Shown piece after piece: positions 51,101-60,098 of a stretch of DNA of 64,000 nucleotides (position 1 is its first letter; each line of letters begins with the position of its first letter). The DNA comes from a virus (taxonomy: Duplodnaviria > Caudoviricetes): IMG/VR virus record IMGVR_UViG_3300021255_002065, positions 32,001 to 96,000 of that record. The stretch is one strand, 5' to 3'. A program made the translations under genes and the position numbers. Below the pieces are notes generated by a model that worked only from the letters and a program-made list of their open reading frames with translations, was not told the DNA's origin and made no database searches.

Positions 51101-54100
51101 TAATAAGCTTGATTATTACCAATCGACAATTTTGTCAATGACTCAATCGATTCCAATGTCGGAACAACATCTGTTTTGAATGATGCATACATCGGAATGA
51201 ATACCTTAGATGCCATCATCATTTGTTTATTGATATGCTTGGTTACATTACCCAACATCATTTCTTGATATGCATTACTATTTTCCATCGACGGTTCTAC
51301 TGTTTCTTCTTGAACAGTTCTCGTCTTGTGTAATTCATTCCAAATCGCTTCTAAGAATGGACCAAATGTTTCGATTGGATTATATCGCTGATCCTCACTA
51401 TAGGTATCACCAGAACCACGGATAGAATCCATCGTACCACCAGTTGATGGAATAGGTGTTGCAATCGCATTCGATTGATCGGATTTCAATCCAGAAGCGG
51501 ATGCATCAGATTTGGTTTCTTTATTTTTACCAGTCAATGCACCAACCGACGAATCAATTTGTTCTTTTGCACCTTCTAGTGTTTCTTCTGAAGCATTAAA
51601 CATATCTGTTCCTGCTTGTTTAATCTTCTTACCGGCACTTCCCGTAAATGGCATTAAATCTATAACAGTACCAATACCTTCTAAGATTTTACCGAGAACC
51701 ATTTGTAGACCGCCAATTGCACCTTGTATGCCCCCTGCGATAATACCGAGAATATTTGCAACCTTTGTCAAGAGCCATGTCGCACCATCAATGAATTTTC
51801 CCAATGGTCCATCTGTCACATACCAATTGATCAACATTGTTGTCAGATTTAATAATGGATTGAGAATTGGCATTAATGCACCTATCAAAGAACCGACAGC
51901 TTGCAAAATAGGAGTTAATACTCCTTCTAATATATCACCGATGGATTCTACAATCGTTCCAATTGCTGTTAAAACAGGTCCGACAACATCCATGACAAGA
52001 TCCAATATCATGTTAATTGGTCCAACCAGCACATCGATTAATCCTGTTAGCACATTTAAAATGGGATCAAGTGCTCCTATGATTCCACCTAATAAATCAC
52101 CAACTAGATCAACCAATACATTTAGCACTGGCATTAACGAATCCACTAATTTAACAACTAAATTTGCAATATATTTAATGGAGTCACCGACGGCTTTTAA
52201 TAGCTTCTTAATGGTTCCTGTCAACTTCTTAAATGCTTTATTCAATGGCTTAACCGCAGTTGTCAATGTTTTTTGTACAAGATCCATGATGGCTTTCACA
52301 GCAGTTAATGATGCAATCGCAGTCAATATCATTTTACCGAAACCCTTTAAGATACTGCCGATTCCTTTTACAACCCTCAGTATACCTCCCAATGCTCCGA
52401 CGCCTCCGGACGCAGGTGCACCAATTGTTGGATCACTTGTTGTGGTTCCGTCTTCAGAATCACCTTTCTTCTTAAAGAATTTATTTTTGATATTTGAGAA
52501 GAAGCCGCCACCAGACCCTCCATTTGTGCCTGCTTTCACACCTTCTTTGGAACCCTTTTCGGAACCTTCACGTGTACCTTTCTCTGCAGCTTTTGCTAAT
52601 GCTTTTGCTTCTTTTTCAGCTCGTTTCTGTGCACGTCTCTCTTCTTTCTGTGCCTTCTTTGCTTCTGCACGTTTCTCACGTTCTTCTTTACGTTTTTCAC
52701 GTTCCTCTTGTGTTCCCCAGATTTGTGTCCATCCTTTTTTCACATCATTCATACCGGATTTCATTCCCTTTTTCACCAGATTCAATGCTGGTGTGAGAAC
52801 TTTCTGTCCGATAAATCTAAATGCCGCACCTAATTTCTTTTTAATCCATGCACCAATGACTCCAATTGCCGGAAGAATGTATTTGGAAATCGCACTACCG
52901 AGAGGGGATTTACTAAGAGCACCGTTCACTTTGTTCTTGATACTATTCTTCATGTTAGTACCCCACATGGTGAACATCTGGCTCAGTTTGTTACCCAATC
53001 CTTTATTCTTCATTTGAGAGGTGATACGTTTTAAGAATGGCAAATCACTTGCGAGATCACCATCTGAAGCTTGTGTTTGTGCCATCTTTGTTGCAGTATC
53101 AGAAATGATTTCATCTTCTTTGGAAGTTTCTTCTCCTGCTTTTTTGTCATCACCACGACCATAGATGTTATTTAAGATAGAAGGAATATTACCACTACCT
53201 GTTGTATTTTTCACATTAAGATGGTTAATAGCACTGATGATGCCTTCCAGTTTTCCAAACAAATTTGTTTCGAAATCCGCACTAATACCAGCAGTTTCTG
53301 TTTTGGAAACCTTGGTTGCATTAGACATCTTGGTTGCATCAATGTCTTCACGAATGATACCTGCTTTCGCCCTTTTGTCCTTTTCAACAATCTCGACATC
53401 TTTCTGCTGTTCTTCATTCTTCTTCAAGTTTTTGTCGGCTAGTTCTCCAGCCCAATCATTTGGATCTTTTACACTACCTCTCTTCAATTTACTTTTATTT
53501 GCTTCTTCATATTTTTTTTCTTGCTCTTTATATTCGTCCGTCTCTTTGATTCTAGCTATTTCAGCATCACGTCGTTCATTTATGTTAGTTTGTGCAGTTC
53601 TGACTTGAGCATTGTTTTTAAAAGAATTTATGATGTCTTCTTTCGTGAGGTTCTTACTTGCACGACCCATGGCTGCATCGTCATTTTTTCGTTTTATATC
53701 AGCTTCGGTTGCTGATTGTAATATTTTAAATACATCCGCCATGAATGTTCCCGGTGTTTCTGTAGACCCTGTAAAAATATTTGCTCCAGATTCTGGATTA
53801 TTAATGGCTAACCTTAATGAATTGAACCATGTATTGAAATCATCATCACCAGCCAATCCAAAATCCGGATTGGATGTGCATATAGATTTTATTGTTTCCC
53901 AATCAAAAATTTGTTGGAATTCAGTTGCATTTTTTACTTCAATCGGATCACCCATATATCTGATTAAAACTGCCGATGAGAATGCTTCCTGATAGTTCAG
54001 TGCCTTCGTCTTTATACGATGCTGCAGTTCAGATTCGATTTGCTGTCTCTTTTTCTCTCGCATTTGTTTTTTTGCTGTTACATCAAATGCTTTCCTTGTA

Positions 54101-55545
54101 TATGTTTGACCATTATTTGAAGCTTCTTGTTCCAATTTGGTTTGTTCCTCATTCCATGCGGCTTCGAGATCAGTATCATTTATTTTTCCAGCTTCTACAC
54201 CAGATCTCTTTTTCAAATCCTTATTGATATTGGCTTGATGATCTGTGCTATTAATCGCGGTAATATTAGAACTTAAGGCAGCATCTAATACACGTTCTTG
54301 TGAATTACGAGAACCATGTTGTGAAACATGACCATTCGCATGATCCCAAGCAACCCCTGTCATGGATTGTGCAATGACTTTCAAATATCCAGGAATGATT
54401 TCTGTGATGGATTGTCTGGTGATACCATCAAAGACAGCTTTGTCTCTGTTATATTCATTCTTGATTTCAGCTTGATATTCACCAACTGTACTAGATTTCA
54501 ATGTTAATCCTTTATTTAATGCTTCGGATAACATATCGCCGAAAAATGGAATCTTGCCCAATGCATCATTGAGTTTCTTATTTCCACCTAATAGCACATT
54601 GGAGATTGCATCACCAATCATATTATTGAAGCTGCTTCCAATTGTATTGAGTGAATTATTTGCAAACTTTTCAGAAAAATTGGTTTGTTTACCACCAATC
54701 AATTCTGTAAGAAAGTCGATACCACTACCAACAGCTGCTCCAACTTTACCAGTCTTCTTATCCTTTGTATCACTCAATAACATACTGATGATACCTGCTG
54801 GTGTTAATGCATCTTTTCCCATCGATAACATCTGTGCAACGATATTGTTTGTTGCAGCATCTTTCACATTGGATTTCATTTGGTTAAACCATGAACCCAA
54901 TGTCACACGTCCATGTGAATCAATTGCCGATTGATTCTGTGCTTTCATTTGTTCTTCTTCAATTTGTGTTTGGGTTTGTAATAACTTACCCAATGCATCA
55001 ATCTTTTCACCAATACCAATGATGGATTTGTTCATATTGTTTAATGATGTTACAATTTCACTTGCACGACCATCGATATGGGATACGATCTCAGCAGCAT
55101 TGATCATGGATGCTTCTGCTTGTTTTGCACCAATTTGGTACATTGCATTCACTTGTCCACGAGCAATGTCTTTCATGCTTTCTTCATCCGCAATTTTCGA
55201 ACTCGGAGATTCTTGTTCTCCGTCACCATCACCTTCACCAACTTGGAAACCGGCATCAAAATCAGAATCATTACCTCCGTTCAACAAACCATATTCATCA
55301 GATTCATCAGAACGTTGCATGAACCAATCTAATGCTTTCTTACCACCATTTTGTTTGATATCCGCAACAATATCAACTACTTTGGATTTTCCTTGGGTTA
55401 ATTGGTCACCGACTTCTTTTGCATCATTGATAAAGGTTGTGATGTTTTCAGTATAATCACTAAAATAATCCTTAGCAACTTCTTTACCAATATAAAGAAT
55501 CTGTCCGGGAATATTCGGAATGAAACTACTACCTTTTTTTGCCAT
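45169..55545 (-). CDS. Giant tape-measure-like tail protein with C39-like peptidase, M23 peptidase, tail lysozyme, NlpC/P60-like and amidase domains
   Basis: Amphipathic TMP repeats; GCGP..HY..NP (C39-like); HQGVD..YAHM..STGEHVHY (M23); AAGVMGNLSAES..GIAQW (phage tail lysozyme); IDCTG..GHGEI (NlpC/P60-like); WHT..SATY..IEIAN..HR..KSCPG (amidase_2). Confidence 0.85.
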   Translation of the reverse strand: MAKKGSSFIPNIPGQILYIGKEVAKDYFSDYTENITTFINDAKEVGDQLTQGKSKVVDIVADIKQNGGKKALDWFMQRSDESDEYGLLNGGNDSDFDAGFQVGEGDGDGEQESPSSKIADEESMKDIARGQVNAMYQIGAKQAEASMINAAEIVSHIDGRASEIVTSLNNMNKSIIGIGEKIDALGKLLQTQTQIEEEQMKAQNQSAIDSHGRVTLGSWFNQMKSNVKDAATNNIVAQMLSMGKDALTPAGIISMLLSDTKDKKTGKVGAAVGSGIDFLTELIGGKQTNFSEKFANNSLNTIGSSFNNMIGDAISNVLLGGNKKLNDALGKIPFFGDMLSEALNKGLTLKSSTVGEYQAEIKNEYNRDKAVFDGITRQSITEIIPGYLKVIAQSMTGVAWDHANGHVSQHGSRNSQERVLDAALSSNITAINSTDHQANINKDLKKRSGVEAGKINDTDLEAAWNEEQTKLEQEASNNGQTYTRKAFDVTAKKQMREKKRQQIESELQHRIKTKALNYQEAFSSAVLIRYMGDPIEVKNATEFQQIFDWETIKSICTSNPDFGLAGDDDFNTWFNSLRLAINNPESGANIFTGSTETPGTFMADVFKILQSATEADIKRKNDDAAMGRASKNLTKEDIINSFKNNAQVRTAQTNINERRDAEIARIKETDEYKEQEKKYEEANKSKLKRGSVKDPNDWAGELADKNLKKNEEQQKDVEIVEKDKRAKAGIIREDIDATKMSNATKVSKTETAGISADFETNLFGKLEGIISAINHLNVKNTTGSGNIPSILNNIYGRGDDKKAGEETSKEDEIISDTATKMAQTQASDGDLASDLPFLKRITSQMKNKGLGNKLSQMFTMWGTNMKNSIKNKVNGALSKSPLGSAISKYILPAIGVIGAWIKKKLGAAFRFIGQKVLTPALNLVKKGMKSGMNDVKKGWTQIWGTQEEREKRKEEREKRAEAKKAQKEERRAQKRAEKEAKALAKAAEKGTREGSEKGSKEGVKAGTNGGSGGGFFSNIKNKFFKKKGDSEDGTTTSDPTIGAPASGGVGALGGILRVVKGIGSILKGFGKMILTAIASLTAVKAIMDLVQKTLTTAVKPLNKAFKKLTGTIKKLLKAVGDSIKYIANLVVKLVDSLMPVLNVLVDLVGDLLGGIIGALDPILNVLTGLIDVLVGPINMILDLVMDVVGPVLTAIGTIVESIGDILEGVLTPILQAVGSLIGALMPILNPLLNLTTMLINWYVTDGPLGKFIDGATWLLTKVANILGIIAGGIQGAIGGLQMVLGKILEGIGTVIDLMPFTGSAGKKIKQAGTDMFNASEETLEGAKEQIDSSVGALTGKNKETKSDASASGLKSDQSNAIATPIPSTGGTMDSIRGSGDTYSEDQRYNPIETFGPFLEAIWNELHKTRTVQEETVEPSMENSNAYQEMMLGNVTKHINKQMMMASKVFIPMYASFKTDVVPTLESIESLTKLSIGNNQAYYGQQLAADALQLVAAGSTAAGAALFQTSIGLSASGMAYQAEGVTSKANQVSYLTTGQPFYISSLYPDATDTTTSSEIAEDNTPVANETSNDPTNNTNTNTTVTIPTIPVTTTSASGYRDYFGSGDSQGRYGSYLNMSQRGCGPVALADAANRRGGNVNAGALASSMASSGSYSSSRGTSVGGFIDTAASMGMGYQVGGVTSQSLNRATPNNPVTLVGSGAGFGTRSGNTHYINVVGTDHAGGAYVSNPLSGRVERRSANELASSSVVGLYGSGDVRGANAAWYHLYGAGPSGYYTFTKTTTKHFYDELTSDEKTVIDNMWNQSDPVSWKGDKWNWLASQLNDAKITASNINQVLPAIKAWLKNKRAEFVLNTLNRNKYGQVEDPREVETAKTAAIQSIYSHNKVTITAATAKAQLTAARRRVLEPLYQQYLAMYMQQNPSSNPPSIEEFFANSASEALEALYKDYVQDYMSKNPSSQPPTFDSWYSNSKNWSWSKIFNKIKDANPLLQNLESGTSGNSEIADTAGTAGSLGTTSGTTSITAPPGGSTGYISTEQKLSADANPSVIPKIEGDSFSERIKNAMSGLTGIFSNILKMFSANEDSEVEESVKEAEEKRVEKVIREAVGNEEYERYASQAYELLRQNNPKAATETDEHYEARIKSMWENESIKRKYLNAVAKNNANIMNAMKVNGMVDASEGSMSSIYGEYDAETGTWSGGMLNAALGQGGGIVESSYNDPYAGKFVSDGGAVMWTDAYQPTIFDTDITEDGGTTLSKSPVHEFFWQTSGASDTTGATQYAFSQNGGWYTRRSTPDKTGTGSTDESHQGVDILTYPASTMQAGKSELHAITGGKVIDVRYANEGNANSPYDQTSDSGWGNSVQFEDAAGYFHRYAHMRDKPTVNIGDTITPGQLLGVIGSTGKSTGEHVHYQINPPGHGNEDGSWVNPLTYFKYHQPTASAGAVQGEIPFEGSLESGNTWDVYAKKYADEWPAFIQKGAAAGMTPAEIATIISTGIWEDGAKKLVGTKSLTATTYDGSGQRAEGIMNWVESGVAANSVEEQLKYIKDRYWRMTPMDGKTTSGTYRNDIVKKGGESVFKETTGRAGFTLSPGDRYADKLNTDLIEGSTYFYQGDLQPPKVYTTKGLAENVGTAVGVYNWLLRNGYAVAPSSYETNAQTNYAENAAQIGTGTGGPDAYSTYSNQDTNMGIIWNYLRNNLGYSEMAAAGVMGNLSAESGYYPMAVYVQGGSDHSQPDSFNRDLVDKFDSTHSWPLGTNDPYGIAQWLGGRRTNMLSKATSDGKSIADLPMQLEFMKSELENSEKKAHSAMQNVGSVQAASDTWMDKFERCNGQAQSKRRERAQQAYERFKGTNGGMVDVNGGQFGANVTTDLASSPWINTLNRVIHQTDVEGHHDYNMSKTVPITLDGKTLHGRIDCTGMYQYAFDYLGYDTNNISASGLRNRAEKGMQYPVTKDGQETQDFEAIPWENVGKEGVQPGDILVHPDYGAGTGHGEIGYGMIDGKLKGWNYGSTDAIKITQSVANRILNGESISTVMNDADTLGGKYNYVIRPNNSLVAGTINAGSTNAGGILGYQVGKHPTAVNWAAKTYGYTGIARNSGQGKGFSSYAFGSIGGIANYVDANKYSQSATSASGTNVNSTGSLTTSSGTSGFTNSSLADPSYLITERKGEKDMHSGPRPGPITKMTWHTWANSNGDTLDDLKKTFAGTSGDVAKTNPNGRSGVSATYGVDGSGKIGLFVDESNVPNTSSSPDNDEKAVTIEIANKPEAYARYKKNHDNSWEISDAAMESAKQLTVDVAKRNGIKKFEYTGDPSGSWTYHRMFTDKSCPGDYIVGKTSSILEDINNRIAGSGDEIPIPPIDQSKIMQTVGTNDLSNLMIDANELPRASTTNVIVTKSSKAEDEMIDRMMNHTYNVRAEQVEILLQQILDKMDNLSSKQQTTTPKQTPQNAFPDNNIPKQIQRLAKGV

Positions 55546-55584
55546 ATATCATCGGCACCTCCTTTAAGATATTTTATAATATAG

Positions 55585-55609
55585 ATACAGCGGGCATTGC
55601 CCGCTGTAT
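55585..55609 (-). terminator. Hairpin terminator
   Basis: ATACAGCGGGCA-T-TGCCCGCTGTAT. Confidence 0.6.
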
Positions 55610-55620
55610 GACGATTATCA

Positions 55621-58176
55621 TTAATAAGTTGGAACATTAAATGGCATATTGAAGCCCTGTGTGTCATTTGAATGCCTCATTCGATCAATGCGCGCTTTAT
55701 TTTCTTGATCAAATCCTTGGTCGATTTTGGTTTTAATCTGAGAACCGATATTTCGTGCTGTTTGATTAATATCGGATGCAAGATCAGAGCCAGCATTAGA
55801 GCTAAGATATTGACCTGTGTCTCGGAATCTTTGCCCAATATTTTGTTGCACAAGACCATTTCCATTGTCAGCTTGTGCAATCTTCATTGTTGCCATATTT
55901 GCTCTGAAATTACTTTCATCTTGATTAGCTCTCTGATTTAATTCATCTCGTGCATTTTGAACACCTTGTGCTGTATTTGACATCATATCTTTAAATGCAT
56001 CCTTAGTACTCTTCTGACCAGCTCCAACTGTAACAAATGTCGTTTTGATTGGTGGTTCTTTACCCTTGTTATTAGGATCCGCTCTCCAATTATCCATCAT
56101 TTGTTTCTCTTCAGGTGTCATTTCAACTGGAACTTCTTCACCCATTTGATTCTGAACAAGTTTCATTTCTACTTTATCACCACGAGTTTCAGATACAAAT
56201 GCTTCCCAAGACTGAATAAAGCCATTTAAAACATTGGAGACAAAGGATGTACACCATATTGTTAGTGAATTTAGACCTATCATCGTTGGTATGAGAAGTT
56301 TAGATTTACCAATAAATCCAACTGCCAATCGTGTCCACATACTATGTCTTTGTTCTAACTTAACACCTGCTTTTTTGTCAGAATTAATTTTAAAACCAAT
56401 CTTCTCACCATTCTCATTTGTTGAAGTTTTCATTACACCACCAGAGAGATCCATTCCGCCTTGTGTGGTTCTCTCTACAGTTCCAAGATTCTGAGTTCCT
56501 GACAATAGATCAACCATGTTACTTGCAAATGTATCCGGTTTGGAAAATGCATCATCGATTTTATTGATTATCATTTGTAAATTTCCCAACAATCGATTTT
56601 CATTAACACCAGCGTACACTTTCGTTTGTAACACAGCCATTAGTGTGTTTGTCGGATTGGTATTTTCACCATTTTGATCCATTCCACGGAAAAAGTTGTC
56701 CAGATTGTTTAAAGCATTTTCTGCTTCTTCTATATCTTTAGAACCATTTACCTGTATTGCTTGATCAATTACGGCATTACAAGTTTCTGCTGCAGAACAA
56801 AATACATCAGCAATGTTCTTCAATGATTTCGCACAAACATTAACAACAGCTGTGGCTGCATTATCATTATTATCCGGCGCTTTCATTCTGCGATATGTTT
56901 TTGTAATAAGATCCAAAATAATCCAGAGCCATGGTAATGATGTAACTGCACTTGTTCCAGGAATATGTCCACCAAGCAAATCATTCATGCCTGCAAATAC
57001 CTTTTGGATCGGTTCAGGTATCGGGAGACCGAAAAGTGTTAATGGTGGTCCGATCACAAATATCTGATCCACAGGAATTGTAGATGTACCATCTTTTGTT
57101 TTTGATAATTCTTGGATAAATTGACCAAGATTGTCAATTTCAGCACCATGCATCTTTAGATTCTTCATAATGTCAAGCCATCTGATATTCGTTGTTTGAT
57201 AAGCGAAGCTGCCTTTTGCACCAACTTCATTATCCATGCTTCTCGTGCCATCCATCACATAATCACCAAGATTGCTGACATTTAACACACTCAGCGACTC
57301 CATCAATCCGATAAATCCCTTTCCTGTGTCCGGAAGGGGGATAACTCCCATGTGCTTTTCAGTAATCTTTCCGATAATAAATTTGGCAGCATCTAATACA
57401 CCTTCTTGGACAACTTCATCACCCGACTCTTGTACGACCATCTCATTTGGTTCTGTATATTTTATAAATGCCGCTTGCTGAACTGTTGGTGCACTATTGG
57501 AATTTGCACTTTCATTTGCAAATGCTTCCAATCCCTCAATCAAATCTGGATGTTCATCGCCAGCCTTTTCAATCGCAGCTTCATTCTTTTGCTCAATTGC
57601 AACAGATGTTTTATCCATAATCCTTCCCATTAATTTGGAAATTCCTTGTGCAATATCATGAATCAATTTTTTTACAAAATCAACGAATTTCTGCCAATTC
57701 GTTTTTGGAACCTCACCATTCTGTTCTTGTTGCTGTTGTTGATTTTCGGCTTCGGATTGATTCTCACTCGAGGCAGGTTGCTGATTTTGTGGTTGTTGAT
57801 TTTCTCCAGCATCAGGCTGTTTTACATCTTGTTTTGGTACATTATTGGCATTGGGTTGTTGTACCACAGCAGGTGGTTGTTTTTGTTCAGCAGATGCATC
57901 AGGTGCACTATTTGCAGAAGGAGCTTCTGGTTGTGGTTGAGGTTTAGGTTGTGGCTGAGGTTGAGGTTGTGGTGTTGGATTCGGCTGAGTTTCACCATCT
58001 TCCTTAAAAATAAATGCATCATGATATGGATCTACTTCATATCCATTTTCAAATAGATACGATTCCATTGTGATTTGTTTATCATAAAACATGATCAATT
58101 TTTCAAGAACATCCATCTCCGTGTAAAAAGTCTGAAGTTCTATATCTTCTTTATATATCACATTTTCCACCTTCAA
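55621..58176 (-). CDS. Internal head / ejection-like protein
   Basis: Acidic propeptide-like N-terminus, Gln/Pro linker, WQKFVDFVKKLI amphipathic helix, VVQE motifs. Confidence 0.55.
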   Translation of the reverse strand: MKVENVIYKEDIELQTFYTEMDVLEKLIMFYDKQITMESYLFENGYEVDPYHDAFIFKEDGETQPNPTPQPQPQPQPKPQPQPEAPSANSAPDASAEQKQPPAVVQQPNANNVPKQDVKQPDAGENQQPQNQQPASSENQSEAENQQQQQEQNGEVPKTNWQKFVDFVKKLIHDIAQGISKLMGRIMDKTSVAIEQKNEAAIEKAGDEHPDLIEGLEAFANESANSNSAPTVQQAAFIKYTEPNEMVVQESGDEVVQEGVLDAAKFIIGKITEKHMGVIPLPDTGKGFIGLMESLSVLNVSNLGDYVMDGTRSMDNEVGAKGSFAYQTTNIRWLDIMKNLKMHGAEIDNLGQFIQELSKTKDGTSTIPVDQIFVIGPPLTLFGLPIPEPIQKVFAGMNDLLGGHIPGTSAVTSLPWLWIILDLITKTYRRMKAPDNNDNAATAVVNVCAKSLKNIADVFCSAAETCNAVIDQAIQVNGSKDIEEAENALNNLDNFFRGMDQNGENTNPTNTLMAVLQTKVYAGVNENRLLGNLQMIINKIDDAFSKPDTFASNMVDLLSGTQNLGTVERTTQGGMDLSGGVMKTSTNENGEKIGFKINSDKKAGVKLEQRHSMWTRLAVGFIGKSKLLIPTMIGLNSLTIWCTSFVSNVLNGFIQSWEAFVSETRGDKVEMKLVQNQMGEEVPVEMTPEEKQMMDNWRADPNNKGKEPPIKTTFVTVGAGQKSTKDAFKDMMSNTAQGVQNARDELNQRANQDESNFRANMATMKIAQADNGNGLVQQNIGQRFRDTGQYLSSNAGSDLASDINQTARNIGSQIKTKIDQGFDQENKARIDRMRHSNDTQGFNMPFNVPTY

Positions 58177-58181
58177 TCATA

Positions 58182-59948
58182 TTATGTTGCATTAGCAGAA
58201 TTGACACCATTCACAACAGTTTGTATTACATCTCCACCAATACGAATAATGTTTATGATATTATTTACAACCGACATGATTCCTTGACCAACCTTGGTTA
58301 ATACACCTAGAATCTTTTGCAACAAACCTTTGCTTTCTTGGTCTTCTTGTATTCCCATTTCTGCACGAGCTTTTTGTGCAATTCCTTGTGCAACTCGAGC
58401 AGATGTCTGCATTCCAAAAATGGGATTGCTTGGATCATTAAACCAATTAACAAGTTGCTCAGACTTCTGTTTTAATTGGGTCAGTAATGGGTTCATGGTT
58501 TGATCATTCATATCTTTTACGAAACGTTCACATTCTGACATTGCTTGATCTTCTTCCGGTGTAATGTTTGAGACTTGCGTTTGTTGTGGAGTTGCAAATA
58601 ATGCGGATGGCTTCACAAATTTCTCATACCACAAATTCATCACACGAATCGTTTGTTCTGATTCTTTATCTTCAACCAATGTGAAGTTTTGTAAGATATT
58701 CTGCAATGATTGTTTGATATCCGGTTTTGGAGCATTTGGATCTGATTTGGGAATACCTTGTTGAAGCAATTGTATTTTTTTGGAAAGTTCTTGGTCACTC
58801 GATTGACAAGCTTTTTCGATCAATTCATATCTTGGAAGCTGTGTGATTTTATTTTTATCACGAGCATCTTTAATTTTGTTACTAACAAAATCCCATAACT
58901 TTCCAGCACCAATACCTGCAAGCAAACCAACACCTGTTAACACAAGACCGCTTCCACCAAGAGCAGTAGCTCCGGCAACCATACCAGCTTTTGCCGCAGT
59001 AGTCGCAACCTTTTTTGCACCATTTTCTACCATACCAAGGGCAGACCTTTTTGCAAGTTCTGCATCTGACAAATTGTCTTGACCAGTTGCAGAAGCCATG
59101 ACATTTTGTCGTGCAATTTCATTACTTGCTGCAGTTCTTGCACCTTTCGCTCCCATGACAGCACCAAATGCAGTTCCCAATTCTTGATAAATTTCATCAA
59201 ATGAACGGAAATCATGTATGGAATAATCCACCTTTGTTTCTTCTCCAGTTGGCACAGTTGAAGATGGTTGATCAGCTACAGGTGTTTCTGTATCCGTTGT
59301 CGGTGGTTGACCACCACCCTGTGTTCCCTTCTTGGCTTCAATCTTTTGTAGCAATGTATCAATCTCTTGATCTGACATATTGTCGACTATATTCGAAAAT
59401 TCCTGTTTGCTTTCAGCAAGTTTTTTGTCAACAATTTTCTCAATACATTTCGTAATCAAATTTGGAATCCACATAAAAATCTTTTTAACAGTATCAATGA
59501 TTTTTTGTAAGAATCCTGGTTCTTGATTATTAGTATTATTTTCAGCATTTTCGTTGGGTTTATCATCATTTGACACAACGGGCTCTTCTCCAGTTTCAGG
59601 TTGCTGATTTTGTGGCTGCTGATTTTCTCCAGCATCAGGTTGTTTTACATCTTGTTTCAGTGCATTATCACCAGATTGTTGTTGTTGTACCACAGCAGGT
59701 GGTTGTTTTTGTTCATCCTGAGATGGAGCACTATTTCCTACCTCAACCTCAGCATCTGTCTGTCCGTTATCAGTTGTAGATGTATTGTCGGGTGGTGGTG
59801 TTTCATCTTCCATGTAGTAACCCATGTTCTCCATGTAAATTCTCATTGACAATTCTTTCTGATAGTATTCACATAACTGAAGAAGTGATTCTGTATCATA
59901 AAATACCTGCACATCATCAATTTCACAAATTACATTACTTAGATTCAT
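58182..59948 (-). CDS. Internal head / ejection-like protein
   Basis: Same architecture (FLQKIIDTVKKIF); Gly/Ala hydrophobic hairpin; AGGAGG RBS before MNLSNV. Confidence 0.55.
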   Translation of the reverse strand: MNLSNVICEIDDVQVFYDTESLLQLCEYYQKELSMRIYMENMGYYMEDETPPPDNTSTTDNGQTDAEVEVGNSAPSQDEQKQPPAVVQQQQSGDNALKQDVKQPDAGENQQPQNQQPETGEEPVVSNDDKPNENAENNTNNQEPGFLQKIIDTVKKIFMWIPNLITKCIEKIVDKKLAESKQEFSNIVDNMSDQEIDTLLQKIEAKKGTQGGGQPPTTDTETPVADQPSSTVPTGEETKVDYSIHDFRSFDEIYQELGTAFGAVMGAKGARTAASNEIARQNVMASATGQDNLSDAELAKRSALGMVENGAKKVATTAAKAGMVAGATALGGSGLVLTGVGLLAGIGAGKLWDFVSNKIKDARDKNKITQLPRYELIEKACQSSDQELSKKIQLLQQGIPKSDPNAPKPDIKQSLQNILQNFTLVEDKESEQTIRVMNLWYEKFVKPSALFATPQQTQVSNITPEEDQAMSECERFVKDMNDQTMNPLLTQLKQKSEQLVNWFNDPSNPIFGMQTSARVAQGIAQKARAEMGIQEDQESKGLLQKILGVLTKVGQGIMSVVNNIINIIRIGGDVIQTVVNGVNSANAT

Positions 59949-59949
59949 G

Positions 59950-60078
59950 TCAATCCTCCTTTTCTTTGATTCCATAATCCAATAAACAATATTCTTTGTA
60001 CAAATAGTCCATTTGACTCATCGCAACATCAATCAATCCTTGTTCTTGTTCATATATGATATTATCAAAATAATTCAA
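59950..60078 (-). CDS. 42-aa mini-protein resembling the N-terminal propeptide of neighbouring head proteins (not in ORF track)
   Basis: TTG start; MNYFDNIIYEQEQGLIDVAMSQMDYLYKEYCLLDYGIKEKED*; fills the intergenic gap almost completely. Confidence 0.5.
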   Translation of the reverse strand: MNYFDNIIYEQEQGLIDVAMSQMDYLYKEYCLLDYGIKEKED

Positions 60079-60098
60079 TTTCTTTCGCCCTTTCTGTA

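Noticed and set aside
51512-53017. 501-aa plus-strand ORF and other long antisense ORFs
   Set aside because: Shadow frames of the tape-measure and other genes, caused by codon bias; no RBS or recognisable motifs.
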